A stretch of DNA of 51,436 bases, taken from Thermoplasmatales archaeon. GTDB taxonomy: Archaea; Thermoplasmatota; E2; UBA202; JdFR-43. The position numbers and the translations under genes were made by a program. The notes under the pieces were generated by a model that worked only from the letters and a program-made list of their open reading frames with translations, did not search any database and was not told the DNA's origin. Positions 19,400-28,802 of this stretch are shown one piece after another. The stretch's first letter is position 1, and every line of letters starts with the position of its first letter. The DNA lies in the NCBI GenBank assembly GCA_011052825.1, contig DRIF01000082.1, positions 1-51,436 of the forward strand. Reading direction: 5' to 3'.

Positions 19400-21211
19400 G
19401 ATGCACTGTCCAACAGCCATTAATTCATCTCTCTCGTCAACTACCAGAACTTCATCATATGGTCTCAGTTCTTTACATGCATCAACAACAAACTTTGCAA
19501 AAACATTTTTTCCTTCCTTTATGAATAATATGCTCTCTTCTGAAACAACCACTCTCATTTTTGGATACTTAAAATATGAATGAAGTTTTTTTCCTCCCTC
19601 CGCCTTTATCGAAAAAAAACCATCTGATGCTCTCATTGAGACTACATGTTTTCCATCACAAAAAACATTTCTTATTTTTCCAGTTTTCTTTGATTTTATT
19701 ATTTTTATTCTCCCACTGAATAAAGCCTCTCCTGCTCCTCTTCCAAACTGATAGTTAGCTATGCTTTTTATTTTTCTGATGTCAAAATCTGTGCTTTTCA
19801 TATTCACTTCATCTATGCCATATGATTGGGGTATTTTAAGGTAAAATTTTCTGGTGAATTTTCTCGCCTCTTTTTCTGTTTCAATATCAACTTTTGACGG
19901 AAAAATTGATTGAGCCAGTGGATAAATTTCATCCAGTTCAATAGGTATTGCCCCAAAAAATGATTCAACTATGCAATTTGCTTCTATTTTTGTTAGCCAT
20001 TTATTTTTGCTGTAAGGTTTATTCATTTCTCCAAATATTACGCTTTTTTCAAAAAATGGTTCATACCTTTCAAGCAATCTTTTGTGGAGTCTATAAACAA
20101 TTGGGCGATGAATTGAATACGTTCCAGAATACATAAAAGCTCTTTTTTTGGAAATACTCTCCCATTTCTCCAGCCATTTCTTCTCATTTTTTATTACCTC
20201 CATTGCTTCCAGCAATGAAGGATGAGAAACTGCTCTCCTTTCAACCATCTCCCACAGATTTCCCTGTTTTATTGCCTGCTTTATTCTCCTCATTTCAGTA
20301 AATGTCTGCCATAAATTGTGCAGAGCGATTTTATTAATTCTCTCTTCCTTTTCCATCTCTTTTATCTCATCTATGGAATATTTACTACATATAGGGCAAC
20401 AGCATATCATCTCATTAATCTCGTTTATTCTCAAAGTTTTATCTGAAAAAATAAAGCGGTTATCTTTTGCATATTTGATATATGATGCAGAGTCGAATAA
20501 ATCACACCCAAGAAGTACAGCCATTGGAAATATTATTGGATGTCCCGCTCCAAATAAATGAACTGGTCTAGAAGGAGGCAATTCTTTTTTGCTTGCAATT
20601 ATTATTTCAGCTATTTCTGCATATCTCTGATTTTCCATGAGGGGGACGACACCGCCTATTGGATAAACATCTGCCCTCAGTTTTGCAAGTTTTTTTGCAC
20701 AATAATTGCGAAGTTTTCTATAGGTTCCACCTTGAACTGTGCATGCAATAAGCATTTTTCCTTTCTCTTTGATGCTTTTTTCAGCTCTTTTAATTGTTTC
20801 CTTTACTTCTTTTTCAATTTCCTCATATTCATTTTTATCAGAAAAAATATCAAGTATAGTTCCTATATCACTTCCTATATCACGCTGGAAACGGACTATA
20901 TCAGTTGCATCTATTTTTATTCCATACATATACATTTGAAATGAACCAGAATCAGTCATAATTGGTCTGTGAAAATTAAGCATGGAATGCAGTCCATTCT
21001 TCAACGCTTTCTCTCTCAATTCCTCATCATTATAAATTATATAAGAATTTGTTATTATTGCCTCCGCTCCCATTTTTACCATTTCTTGTGGATGAATTGG
21101 CATAAAATGAGGGTTTATGACAGGAAGGATTGTTGGAGTATTTATTTTCCCATGAGCTGTTTTTAAAATGCCAATTCTTGCAAGACTGTCCCTCGCTCTA
21201 ATCTCAAACAT
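19334..21211 (-). CDS. tgtA: Archaeosine tRNA-guanine(15) transglycosylase
   Basis: MTDSGSFQ, HLFGAGHP, DLFDSASY, Zn site CCCPIC...H and C-terminal PUA domain. Confidence 0.95.
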   Translation of the reverse strand: MFEIRARDSLARIGILKTAHGKINTPTILPVINPHFMPIHPQEMVKMGAEAIITNSYIIYNDEELREKALKNGLHSMLNFHRPIMTDSGSFQMYMYGIKIDATDIVRFQRDIGSDIGTILDIFSDKNEYEEIEKEVKETIKRAEKSIKEKGKMLIACTVQGGTYRKLRNYCAKKLAKLRADVYPIGGVVPLMENQRYAEIAEIIIASKKELPPSRPVHLFGAGHPIIFPMAVLLGCDLFDSASYIKYAKDNRFIFSDKTLRINEINEMICCCPICSKYSIDEIKEMEKEERINKIALHNLWQTFTEMRRIKQAIKQGNLWEMVERRAVSHPSLLEAMEVIKNEKKWLEKWESISKKRAFMYSGTYSIHRPIVYRLHKRLLERYEPFFEKSVIFGEMNKPYSKNKWLTKIEANCIVESFFGAIPIELDEIYPLAQSIFPSKVDIETEKEARKFTRKFYLKIPQSYGIDEVNMKSTDFDIRKIKSIANYQFGRGAGEALFSGRIKIIKSKKTGKIRNVFCDGKHVVSMRASDGFFSIKAEGGKKLHSYFKYPKMRVVVSEESILFIKEGKNVFAKFVVDACKELRPYDEVLVVDERDELMAVGQCILTREEMIDFERGMAVKIRETV

Positions 21212-21329
21212 TGATGAAATAGGAAAAACATGTTATAATATTTTGCCATTTAATTTTAAATCTTCAAAAAGTTTTTATACTAAAATTTCTTTAATGTAAG
21301 ATAAGTAAGAATAATCTTTCGGTGAGGAA

Positions 21330-21560
21330 ATGAGAGGCAGATGTACAAAAATGAGAATTGTATATGGGGTTGTTACCGTGAGTGACAAGGGACAGATTGC
21401 CATTCCAGTGGATTTAAGGAAAGATTTGAATATAAACCAGGGAGATAAACTATTTGTTGTAAAAAGAAAAGATGATGCAGGGTTTGGATTGATAAAACTT
21501 GGAAAAATAGATGAATTAATGTACAAACTTCAGGAAGATGAAGAATTTTTTAAAAAATGA
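21330..21560 (+). CDS. AbrB/MazE/SpoVT-family DNA-binding protein
   Basis: VTVSDKGQIAIPVDLRKDLNI..GDKL signature. Confidence 0.9.
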   Translation: MRGRCTKMRIVYGVVTVSDKGQIAIPVDLRKDLNINQGDKLFVVKRKDDAGFGLIKLGKIDELMYKLQEDEEFFKK

Positions 21561-21575
21561 AAGGAGGTGATAAAA

Positions 21576-21704
21576 GTGCCAACTTGTAAGGAATGCAGGT
21601 TTTATGAGCCAATAGATGAGATAAAAGGAAACTGCTTTGGGCATGAAGTGCCCGCAGATATGGACGTGGAAAAATGTCCAGCAAAGGCATTCCAGCCTAA
21701 GTAA
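21576..21704 (+). CDS. 42-aa four-cysteine protein (putative Fe-S/metal-binding; BssC-like pattern)
   Basis: Below the ORF-track cutoff. GGAGGTGA RBS then GTG; MPTCKECRFYEPIDEIKGNCFGHEVPADMDVEKCPAKAFQPK; fills the gap between two co-oriented genes. Confidence 0.8.
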   Translation: MPTCKECRFYEPIDEIKGNCFGHEVPADMDVEKCPAKAFQPK

Positions 21705-21716
21705 TAGGTTGAAAAA

Positions 21717-22229
21717 ATGTTAATAGAAAGAATACTCAAATCAAAGAGAAAACCAAAAGAGATAGTTGAACTTTTGGCTGAGGAATTGAAAAACAATAAG
21801 GAGTTGATTGATGAACTCATTCAATTTTTTGAAAATGGAACTATTGCAGAAAAAGGCAATTGCATGGAAGCAATAGAATATGTTACCAAAGAAAATCCTG
21901 AGTTTGCTGAAAACTGCATTAATTTTGTCATTTTTCATATAAATGACAAAGCATCCAGAGTGAAATGGGAAGCTTGCAGGATAATAGGTAACGTTGCCAA
22001 AAATTTTCCAGATAAAGTTAAAGAAGCTATTCCAAAACTTTTAGAAAATGCACAAGATAAGAGTACAGTTGTGAGATGGAGCTCAGCTTTTGCTTTGACT
22101 GAAATTGCAAAAAGCGATTCAGAAATACAAGAAAAACTTATTCCAGAATTTAGGAAAATAGTGAAAAGGGAAACCAATAATGGAGTGAGAAACATTTACT
22201 TGAAATATCTTAAGGATGCTGAACTATGA
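21717..22229 (+). CDS. HEAT-repeat protein
   Basis: Repeats INDKASRVKWEACRIIGNV and AQDKSTVVRWSSAFALTEI. Confidence 0.8.
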   Translation: MLIERILKSKRKPKEIVELLAEELKNNKELIDELIQFFENGTIAEKGNCMEAIEYVTKENPEFAENCINFVIFHINDKASRVKWEACRIIGNVAKNFPDKVKEAIPKLLENAQDKSTVVRWSSAFALTEIAKSDSEIQEKLIPEFRKIVKRETNNGVRNIYLKYLKDAEL

Positions 22230-22519
22230 TATATGATGTTAGAGATATAATTGAAAAAGGCATTTGCTCCTTTAATGATGCTCTCTCTGAAATAAGGAAA
22301 CTTGCATCCACCGATAATTGGAAAAAGAGAGAGGATAAAATTATCAAGGAAATAATAATCTGGGCTTATAATGAAGAGCCAAATATTCGTAGCACTACTA
22401 TTGAAAGTTTAAGGGGTTTAGCAATAAGAGATCCAGATAATTGCCAGAGGGACAACAAGAAAAAATTAAAATTTTTAATTGGTGAGTATAAATGGTTAAT
22501 GAAGAGGAAGAAGAATTAA
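22226..22519 (+). pseudogene. Truncated HEAT-repeat (DNA alkylation repair-like) gene
   Basis: Fragments LASTDNWKKRE and WAYNEEPNIR..ESLR resemble HEAT/AlkD-like repeats; short, with an apparently out-of-frame tail. Confidence 0.5.
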
Positions 22520-22932
22520 CTGCATACTGCGGGCTTTATTGTGGCGATTGCTTTTTCTATAAAGGAGAGATTGCTAATCTGGCTAGGGATTTGAGAAAGA
22601 AATTGAGGGAGGCAAAAATTAATAAAACTTATGAGGAGTTTTCTAAATTTGCGAGAGAATTCAAGGATTATCCAACGTGTTATAAAGTACTGGGAGCAAT
22701 GGTGAAGATGCAATGTAAAGGGTGCAGAAATGGAGGAGGACCACCATTTTGCAAAATAAGAAAATGTTGCCAGAAAAGAGAATATGAAGGATGCTGGGAA
22801 TGTTATGAATTTGAAGTATGCAGAAAACTTGATTTTCTGAAACCCAATCATGGGGATGCACACATCAAAAACCTGAGAAAGATAAAGAAGCAAGGAATTA
22901 AATCCTTTGTGGAGGGTAAGAGATATTGGTGA
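22492..22932 (+). CDS. DUF3795-family Cys-rich protein
   Basis: AYCGLYCGDC...CKGCR...CKIRKCC...CWEC.EF..C pattern. Confidence 0.85.
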   Translation: MVNEEEEELTAYCGLYCGDCFFYKGEIANLARDLRKKLREAKINKTYEEFSKFAREFKDYPTCYKVLGAMVKMQCKGCRNGGGPPFCKIRKCCQKREYEGCWECYEFEVCRKLDFLKPNHGDAHIKNLRKIKKQGIKSFVEGKRYW

Positions 22933-22937
22933 ATAAA

Positions 22938-23825
22938 ATGGTAAATGAAATTCAAGTGAAGTCAATCCTGAACAAACATAGGAAGAGAGATGATTGGTTC
23001 CTGGACGATTATTCAGTAAATCCTTATTCAGGTTGTTCATTTAATTGCATTTATTGTTATATTAGGGGGAGCAAATATGGAGAGAATATGACAAAAACAT
23101 TATCTGTAAAAATAAATGCTCCAGAACTTATGGAAAGGCAACTTTCGAAAAGGGCAAAGAAAGGGGAGTATGGAATTATTGCTGTATCCTCTGCTACAGA
23201 ACCATATATGCCAATTGAGGGAAAATATAAACTTACTCGAAAGATTTTTGAGACAATTTTGAAATACAAATTTCCTGTTGAGGTGGCAACGAAGTCCAAA
23301 CTTGTTCTGAGAGATTTGAATATACTAAAAGAAATTGATGAGAATGCAATTTTACCTGATGATTTAAAACCAAAACTGAAACATGGAGTAATTATTTCCT
23401 TTTCCATTTCAACTTTAGATGAAAAATTGGCTAAGTTTGTTGAACCAGGAGCACCAAAACCAATAGAAAGATTAAAAACAATGAGAAAATGCAAAGAAGA
23501 AGGATTTTTTACAGGTGTCTGTTTCATTCCTGTATTGCCATTTTTATCTGACTCGAGTGAGCAACTTGAGGAAACTATAAGAACTGTAAAAGAATATGGA
23601 GCAGATTTTATTTTTGTTGGTGGTTTGACTTTGTTTGGGAAAGGACCAGCAGACAGTAAAACTCTCTATTTCAAATTTTTAGAAAAACATTATCCAGAAC
23701 TTCTGCCTAAATACAAGGAACTTTACAGAATCTTTTTTTCTCCTCCAAAAGAATATCAGAGAGAAATTGAAGAAAAATCAAAGAGATTATGCGAGAAATA
23801 CGGAATTAAAAACAGAATTGTCTGA
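22938..23825 (+). CDS. Radical SAM protein, SplB/Rv2578c-like DNA-repair-associated family
   Basis: NPYSGCSFNCIYCY, ATEPY.P.E, TKS and EPGAP...RL. Confidence 0.88.
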   Translation: MVNEIQVKSILNKHRKRDDWFLDDYSVNPYSGCSFNCIYCYIRGSKYGENMTKTLSVKINAPELMERQLSKRAKKGEYGIIAVSSATEPYMPIEGKYKLTRKIFETILKYKFPVEVATKSKLVLRDLNILKEIDENAILPDDLKPKLKHGVIISFSISTLDEKLAKFVEPGAPKPIERLKTMRKCKEEGFFTGVCFIPVLPFLSDSSEQLEETIRTVKEYGADFIFVGGLTLFGKGPADSKTLYFKFLEKHYPELLPKYKELYRIFFSPPKEYQREIEEKSKRLCEKYGIKNRIV

Positions 23826-23869
23826 GAAATTCTTCCAATAAATTAATAAATTATTTCATATTTTCCCTC

Positions 23870-25399
23870 ATGCTGAATGCAGTTGGGAGAGAATTGCCAG
23901 AGGAAATAAATGGAAGAAAATTAAAACCATATAAAGGACCTTTTTCTTTTAAGCCAGAAGGAAGGAGATATGCTCCTCCTCTAAAAGCAGTTTTTCCAGA
24001 CGAAAAAAAAGTTCTTCCATCAATAAAGGATGCAATTAAGAAAACTGGATTGGAGGATGGAATGACTATATCCTTTCATCATCATTTGAGAAATGGAGAT
24101 TATGTAATAAATAAGGTTTTAAATGAAATTGCAAAGATGGGAATAAAGGATATAAAGCTTGCCCCAACTGCTCTCTTCCCTGTTCATGAACCTGTAATTG
24201 AGCATATAAAAAATGGGGTTGTAACATCAATAGAAGGTAGTTTGAATGGTCCAGTTGGTGAATATGTTTCCAAACATGGAATGAAAAATCCTGTTATATT
24301 GCGTAGTCATGGGGGAAGAGCAAGAGCGGTAAGATGTGGAGAACTTCACATAGATGTTGCATTTATATCTGCATCAATAGCAGATGAATATGGCAATTGC
24401 AACGGAATGATGGGCAAATCAGCTTTTGGAGCAATTGGATTTGCATATGCAGATGCATTTCATGCAGATAATGTTGTTGTTGTTACAGACAATTTGCAAC
24501 CATATCCAGTTTCTCCCATTTCAATTCCACAAATATATGTTGATTATGTGGTTGAAATAGATTCAATAGGAGATCCTTCTGGCATACAAACAGGAACAAT
24601 GCAGATAACAAAAAGTCCGTCGCGCCTTAACATTGCAAAAAATGTTGTTGAATTTCTGGCAAAAGCAGGCATAATAAAAGACGGATTCTCCTTTCAGGCG
24701 GGGGCGGGAGGAACAAGCCTGGCGGTAACAAAGTTTTTGCATGATTATATGAAGAAAAATGGGATAGTCGGCGATTTTGTCATGGGTGGGATAACTGGAT
24801 TTGTTGTTGACATGCTTCATGATGGAACCATAAGGAAAATTTTGGATGGGCAGAGTTTTGATTTGAGAGCTGTTGAATCAATGGCAAATGATGCAGACCA
24901 TGTGGAAGTTTCCCATATAATGTTTGGAGACCCTCATACGTGTGGTTGTGTAGTTAATAGACAAAATGCATGCTTTTTAGGGGCAACAGAAGTTGATATA
25001 AATTTCAATATAAATGTGAACACTCACTCAGATGGATTGCTGTTGCATGGTATCGGAGGGCATCAGGATGCAGCTGCAGGGAGTGATATTACTGTTATAA
25101 CAATCCCACTTTTGAGAGGAAGATTGCCAGTTATAAGGGAAGAAGTTACAACAGTTTCAACTCCTCATCATACTGTTGATGTTGTTGTTACAGATGCAGG
25201 TATAGCAGTTAATCCACAGAGAGAGGATTTGATTGAAGCGGTAAAAGGAAAGATTGACATAGTCGATATTGAAGACTTGTATAAGAAGGCAAAAAATCTG
25301 GTTGGCGAACCTAAGCCACCAGAATTTGATGATGAAATTGTTGCTATCGTGGAATATAGAGATGGAACTGTTCTTGATGTTGTAAGGAGGTTAAAATGA
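23870..25399 (+). CDS. citF: Citrate lyase alpha subunit (citrate/citramalate ACP/CoA-transferase)
   Basis: NAVGRELP, GMTISFHHHLRNGD, RSHGGRAR, FQAGAGG, GGHQD and EYRDGTVLD. Confidence 0.92.
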   Translation: MLNAVGRELPEEINGRKLKPYKGPFSFKPEGRRYAPPLKAVFPDEKKVLPSIKDAIKKTGLEDGMTISFHHHLRNGDYVINKVLNEIAKMGIKDIKLAPTALFPVHEPVIEHIKNGVVTSIEGSLNGPVGEYVSKHGMKNPVILRSHGGRARAVRCGELHIDVAFISASIADEYGNCNGMMGKSAFGAIGFAYADAFHADNVVVVTDNLQPYPVSPISIPQIYVDYVVEIDSIGDPSGIQTGTMQITKSPSRLNIAKNVVEFLAKAGIIKDGFSFQAGAGGTSLAVTKFLHDYMKKNGIVGDFVMGGITGFVVDMLHDGTIRKILDGQSFDLRAVESMANDADHVEVSHIMFGDPHTCGCVVNRQNACFLGATEVDINFNINVNTHSDGLLLHGIGGHQDAAAGSDITVITIPLLRGRLPVIREEVTTVSTPHHTVDVVVTDAGIAVNPQREDLIEAVKGKIDIVDIEDLYKKAKNLVGEPKPPEFDDEIVAIVEYRDGTVLDVVRRLK

Positions 25400-26571
25400 C
25401 GCTTGCAGAAGAAATTTTATCTGAAAAAAGTGGAATGAAGGTTGAGGCGGGAGATATTGTTGAAGCAACTGTTGACAAAGCAATGAGCCATGATAATGCT
25501 GCTTTGGTTATAAAAAAATTTGAGGAAATTGGCTTGCCTTTAAAAATTCCAGAAAAAATTGTTATTATTCTTGACCACAGAGTTCCAGCAAATACAATAA
25601 AAACTGCGGAAAATCATAAAATAATAAGGGAATTTGTCAAAAAAAATGGAATAAAAAATTTTTATGATATAAATCATGGAATATGTCATCAGGTGATGAT
25701 TGAGAAAGGACATGCTCAAGAAGGGATGCTAATTGTTGGAACAGATAGCCATACAACCAGTTATGGGGCATTGAATGCTTTTTCAACAGGGATAGGGGCA
25801 ACAGAAATGGCTTCTGTATGGGCAACTGGTAAGATATGGCTTAAGGTGCCAAAAACATACAGAATAGAGGTTAATGGAAATCTTCCGGAAATGGTTTTTG
25901 CAAAAGATATAATTTTGCATATAATTGGACATTTGAAATCAGATGGAGCAAATTACAAAGCTTGCGAGTTTCATGGAATTGTTAAGAAAATGTCTCTGGC
26001 AGATAAAATAACAATTGCCAACATGTCAATGGAAATGGGAGCAAAAACAGCTTTTTTTGGCGGAGGGGATGGCATATATGAAAAAAATTTTGAATTTGAT
26101 ATAAGCGAACTTTCTCCTCAAATAGCTTGTCCCCATACTGTTGATAATGTTAAAAATATAGAAGATGTTGAGGGAAAGGAAATAAATCAAGCAGTTCTCG
26201 GCTCATGCACAAATGGAAGGATAGAAGATTTAAGAGTATCTGCAAAAATTTTGAAGGGGAGGAAAGTGAAAAAGAGCGTTAGATTTCTCATATTCCCTGC
26301 TTCAATGAAAATATATAGGCAAGCTCTAGAAGAAGGTTTGATAAAAATATTTGTTGATTCAGGGGGGGTTGTAATGAATCCAGGATGCGGATGTTGTTTG
26401 GGTGCTCATGAGGGAATTCTCGCTGAAAACGAAATTGCAATAACTTCAACAAATAGAAATTTCAGGGGGAGAATGGGCTCAAAAAATTCTGAGATATATC
26501 TTGCCTCACCAGCAACTGTAACAGCAAGTGCAATAGAGGGAAAAATAGCAGACCCAAGAAAATTTTCATAA
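25396..26571 (+). CDS. 3-isopropylmalate dehydratase/homoaconitase-family large subunit
   Basis: DH, GICHQ, DSHT, GSCTNG, CGCCLG and NRNF.GRMG; exact substrate unknown. Confidence 0.9.
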   Translation: MTLAEEILSEKSGMKVEAGDIVEATVDKAMSHDNAALVIKKFEEIGLPLKIPEKIVIILDHRVPANTIKTAENHKIIREFVKKNGIKNFYDINHGICHQVMIEKGHAQEGMLIVGTDSHTTSYGALNAFSTGIGATEMASVWATGKIWLKVPKTYRIEVNGNLPEMVFAKDIILHIIGHLKSDGANYKACEFHGIVKKMSLADKITIANMSMEMGAKTAFFGGGDGIYEKNFEFDISELSPQIACPHTVDNVKNIEDVEGKEINQAVLGSCTNGRIEDLRVSAKILKGRKVKKSVRFLIFPASMKIYRQALEEGLIKIFVDSGGVVMNPGCGCCLGAHEGILAENEIAITSTNRNFRGRMGSKNSEIYLASPATVTASAIEGKIADPRKFS

Positions 26572-26607
26572 GGCAAAATATTTAGATTTATTTTTAATTC
26601 AAAAAGG

Positions 26608-27228
26608 ATGGCATCAATATTCATTCTGTTAATATTTGCGTTCCTGTTCTATCTAATTTATTTACTCATATATTCTGCATTTGAAGAGGTTGGATTCAAG
26701 AGATGGGAGGCAAGTTTAATTGTTTTCAGTTGCATAATATTTGGATACAACATATTTGATATCCCTCTTTTCTCATATGGAAACTGGATTATTGCAATAA
26801 ATATTGGAGGTGCTCTCCTGCCTATTCTAATAAGCATGTATCTGATTTTTTCAAGGAAGGTGGCTTTAAGAAGTTTTTTGGGAATGATAATTGTTGCCTA
26901 TTTTGCATATAATGTTACTTATGTAACAAGAAAGGGAATTGTATCAGATTTTCCATACTGGCTAATTCCCCCTGTTGTTGCGAGCATATATTCTGTGTTG
27001 ACTGGATTAAAAAGCAAGAAAAAATCAGCATCAGTTGCATATTCTTCAGGTACAATTGGAGTTCTTATAGGTGCAGATTTATTTCATCTGAAAGAGCTTT
27101 TAAAAATAGAAGTTGGTAAAACAACTGTTGCAAGCATAGGGGGTGCTTCAATACTTGATATGGTTTTTCTGACGGGGGTGATTGCTGTTTTGATTGATGC
27201 AATCCTTTATGGAAAGGAGGAAAAATAG
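26608..27228 (+). CDS. DUF1614-family membrane protein
   Basis: AINIGGALLP, AY..GTIGVLIGAD and SIGGA..D.VFL.G motifs. Confidence 0.85.
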   Translation: MASIFILLIFAFLFYLIYLLIYSAFEEVGFKRWEASLIVFSCIIFGYNIFDIPLFSYGNWIIAINIGGALLPILISMYLIFSRKVALRSFLGMIIVAYFAYNVTYVTRKGIVSDFPYWLIPPVVASIYSVLTGLKSKKKSASVAYSSGTIGVLIGADLFHLKELLKIEVGKTTVASIGGASILDMVFLTGVIAVLIDAILYGKEEK

Positions 27229-27282
27229 GGTTATTGAAACTTTTAGAAAAATTTATTAGCCTTTTATAATATTTTTGACAAC

Positions 27283-27645
27283 ATGAAAAAAGATGATTAT
27301 AAAAGATTGCTTGGCGACTTGGAGGCGGAGGCAGACATTGAAGGAAGTTGTATAGTGTCGAGAGATGGGATGTTAATACATTCAAAAACAAAGGATATAC
27401 ATCCAGAAACTTTTGCAGCAATGTCTGCAACTCTTTTAAGTTCTGCTGAAGTTGCAATGGATGAAATAAAAGGGGGAGTGCCAAAAAAAGTTGTTGTTGA
27501 TGGAAAGAATAAAAAAATAATTGTTGTTGGCGCTGGACCAAATGCTTTGCTTGCTGTAATAACCTCTGCAAACAAGAGCGATGTTTATGATGTAATAGAA
27601 AAATCTGCAAAAAAAATTGGGGATTTTTTGAGTGAGAAAAAATGA
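27283..27645 (+). CDS. Roadblock/LC7 (MglB-like) protein
   Basis: IEGSCIVSRDGMLI...ETFAAMSATL. Confidence 0.9.
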   Translation: MKKDDYKRLLGDLEAEADIEGSCIVSRDGMLIHSKTKDIHPETFAAMSATLLSSAEVAMDEIKGGVPKKVVVDGKNKKIIVVGAGPNALLAVITSANKSDVYDVIEKSAKKIGDFLSEKK

Positions 27646-28802
27646 TTTTAACAGGAATTCCAAAACTGGATGAATTTCTGAATGGAATACCAGAAGGAAA
27701 ATCTCTACTCTTTCATGTTGAGCCAGGTGTTGAGGAAAGTAATATAGGAATACATGTTTTGCATAAAAATCTGGAAAATGGTTTGTATGGGATATATGTT
27801 GTTTCTGAAAGTTCTCCAAAAATTGTTGATAAAGTTTTCAATGAATTCAATTGGAATCTTGATAAATATGATAACCTCATAATAGTTGATGGATATTCTT
27901 CTCTCATTGGAGCACCAACAGATAAAAAGTATGTTGTTGAGGAACCACATGACATAGAAAGTTATGAGGATGTTCTCATGGAGATAATAGAAAATATTAA
28001 AGGAAAAGGTATAATTGTTTTTGATTCACTCTCAAACATAATGGATATGTGTGGGGAAAAAAAGACATTATCAGGAATAGAAAGAATAAATGATATACTC
28101 TCTGGAGAGGGATTTTCATCAATTTATAATTTTATTGCATGGCCATACAAAGAATCTGTAATGTATAGGATGAAAAGGATTTTCAATGCAATTATTGAGG
28201 TGAATAATATAGGAGATACAATAATGCGTCAGAGGATGTTTATAAAAAAGGTTGACTGGTCAGATAGTGAGGGGAAAAAGCTGGAATTCAAGATTTTTAA
28301 ACCAGAGGGAATAAGGATATATATACCAAAAATAAGTGTTGTTGGACCATTTTATTCAGGCAAAACAACTTTTATTAAATCCATAGCCCATAAATTCACA
28401 CCAGTGGAAAGACTTGGGGCGACTGTTGGAGTTGAATATGGAATAGTTGATTATAAGGGATATAGAGCAGAAATTTTTGGAATACCTGGACAGGAAAGAT
28501 TCTTGCCTTTGTTGAATAAAATAGGAGTTTCTTCGAAAGGAGTTTTTTTGGTTGTGGATTCGACTAAACCAGAAGAATTTGATTTTGCAAAAAAAATTCT
28601 TGGTGAATTTAAAAATATTCCATATATAATTGTTGCAAACAAACAGGATTTGCCAAATGCTCTGAAGGGAGATGAGATAAAGGAAAGAATGGGATTAAAA
28701 GATGCAACTGTTGTTGAAACCATTGCCACTGAAGGCAAGGGCGTTTATGAAGCTTTTGAATTGATGGCTAACAGAATAGTGGAGGATTTAAATGCTCGCT
28801 AA
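27642..28802 (+). CDS. Fusion of degenerate KaiC/RAD55-like domain and MglA/Arf-like small GTPase
   Basis: N-terminus TGIPKLDEFL.GIP, IVFDSLS; C-terminus G1 GPFYSGKTT, G3 FGIPGQERF, G4 NKQD, G5 TIATEG. Confidence 0.85.
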   Translation: MILTGIPKLDEFLNGIPEGKSLLFHVEPGVEESNIGIHVLHKNLENGLYGIYVVSESSPKIVDKVFNEFNWNLDKYDNLIIVDGYSSLIGAPTDKKYVVEEPHDIESYEDVLMEIIENIKGKGIIVFDSLSNIMDMCGEKKTLSGIERINDILSGEGFSSIYNFIAWPYKESVMYRMKRIFNAIIEVNNIGDTIMRQRMFIKKVDWSDSEGKKLEFKIFKPEGIRIYIPKISVVGPFYSGKTTFIKSIAHKFTPVERLGATVGVEYGIVDYKGYRAEIFGIPGQERFLPLLNKIGVSSKGVFLVVDSTKPEEFDFAKKILGEFKNIPYIIVANKQDLPNALKGDEIKERMGLKDATVVETIATEGKGVYEAFELMANRIVEDLNAR

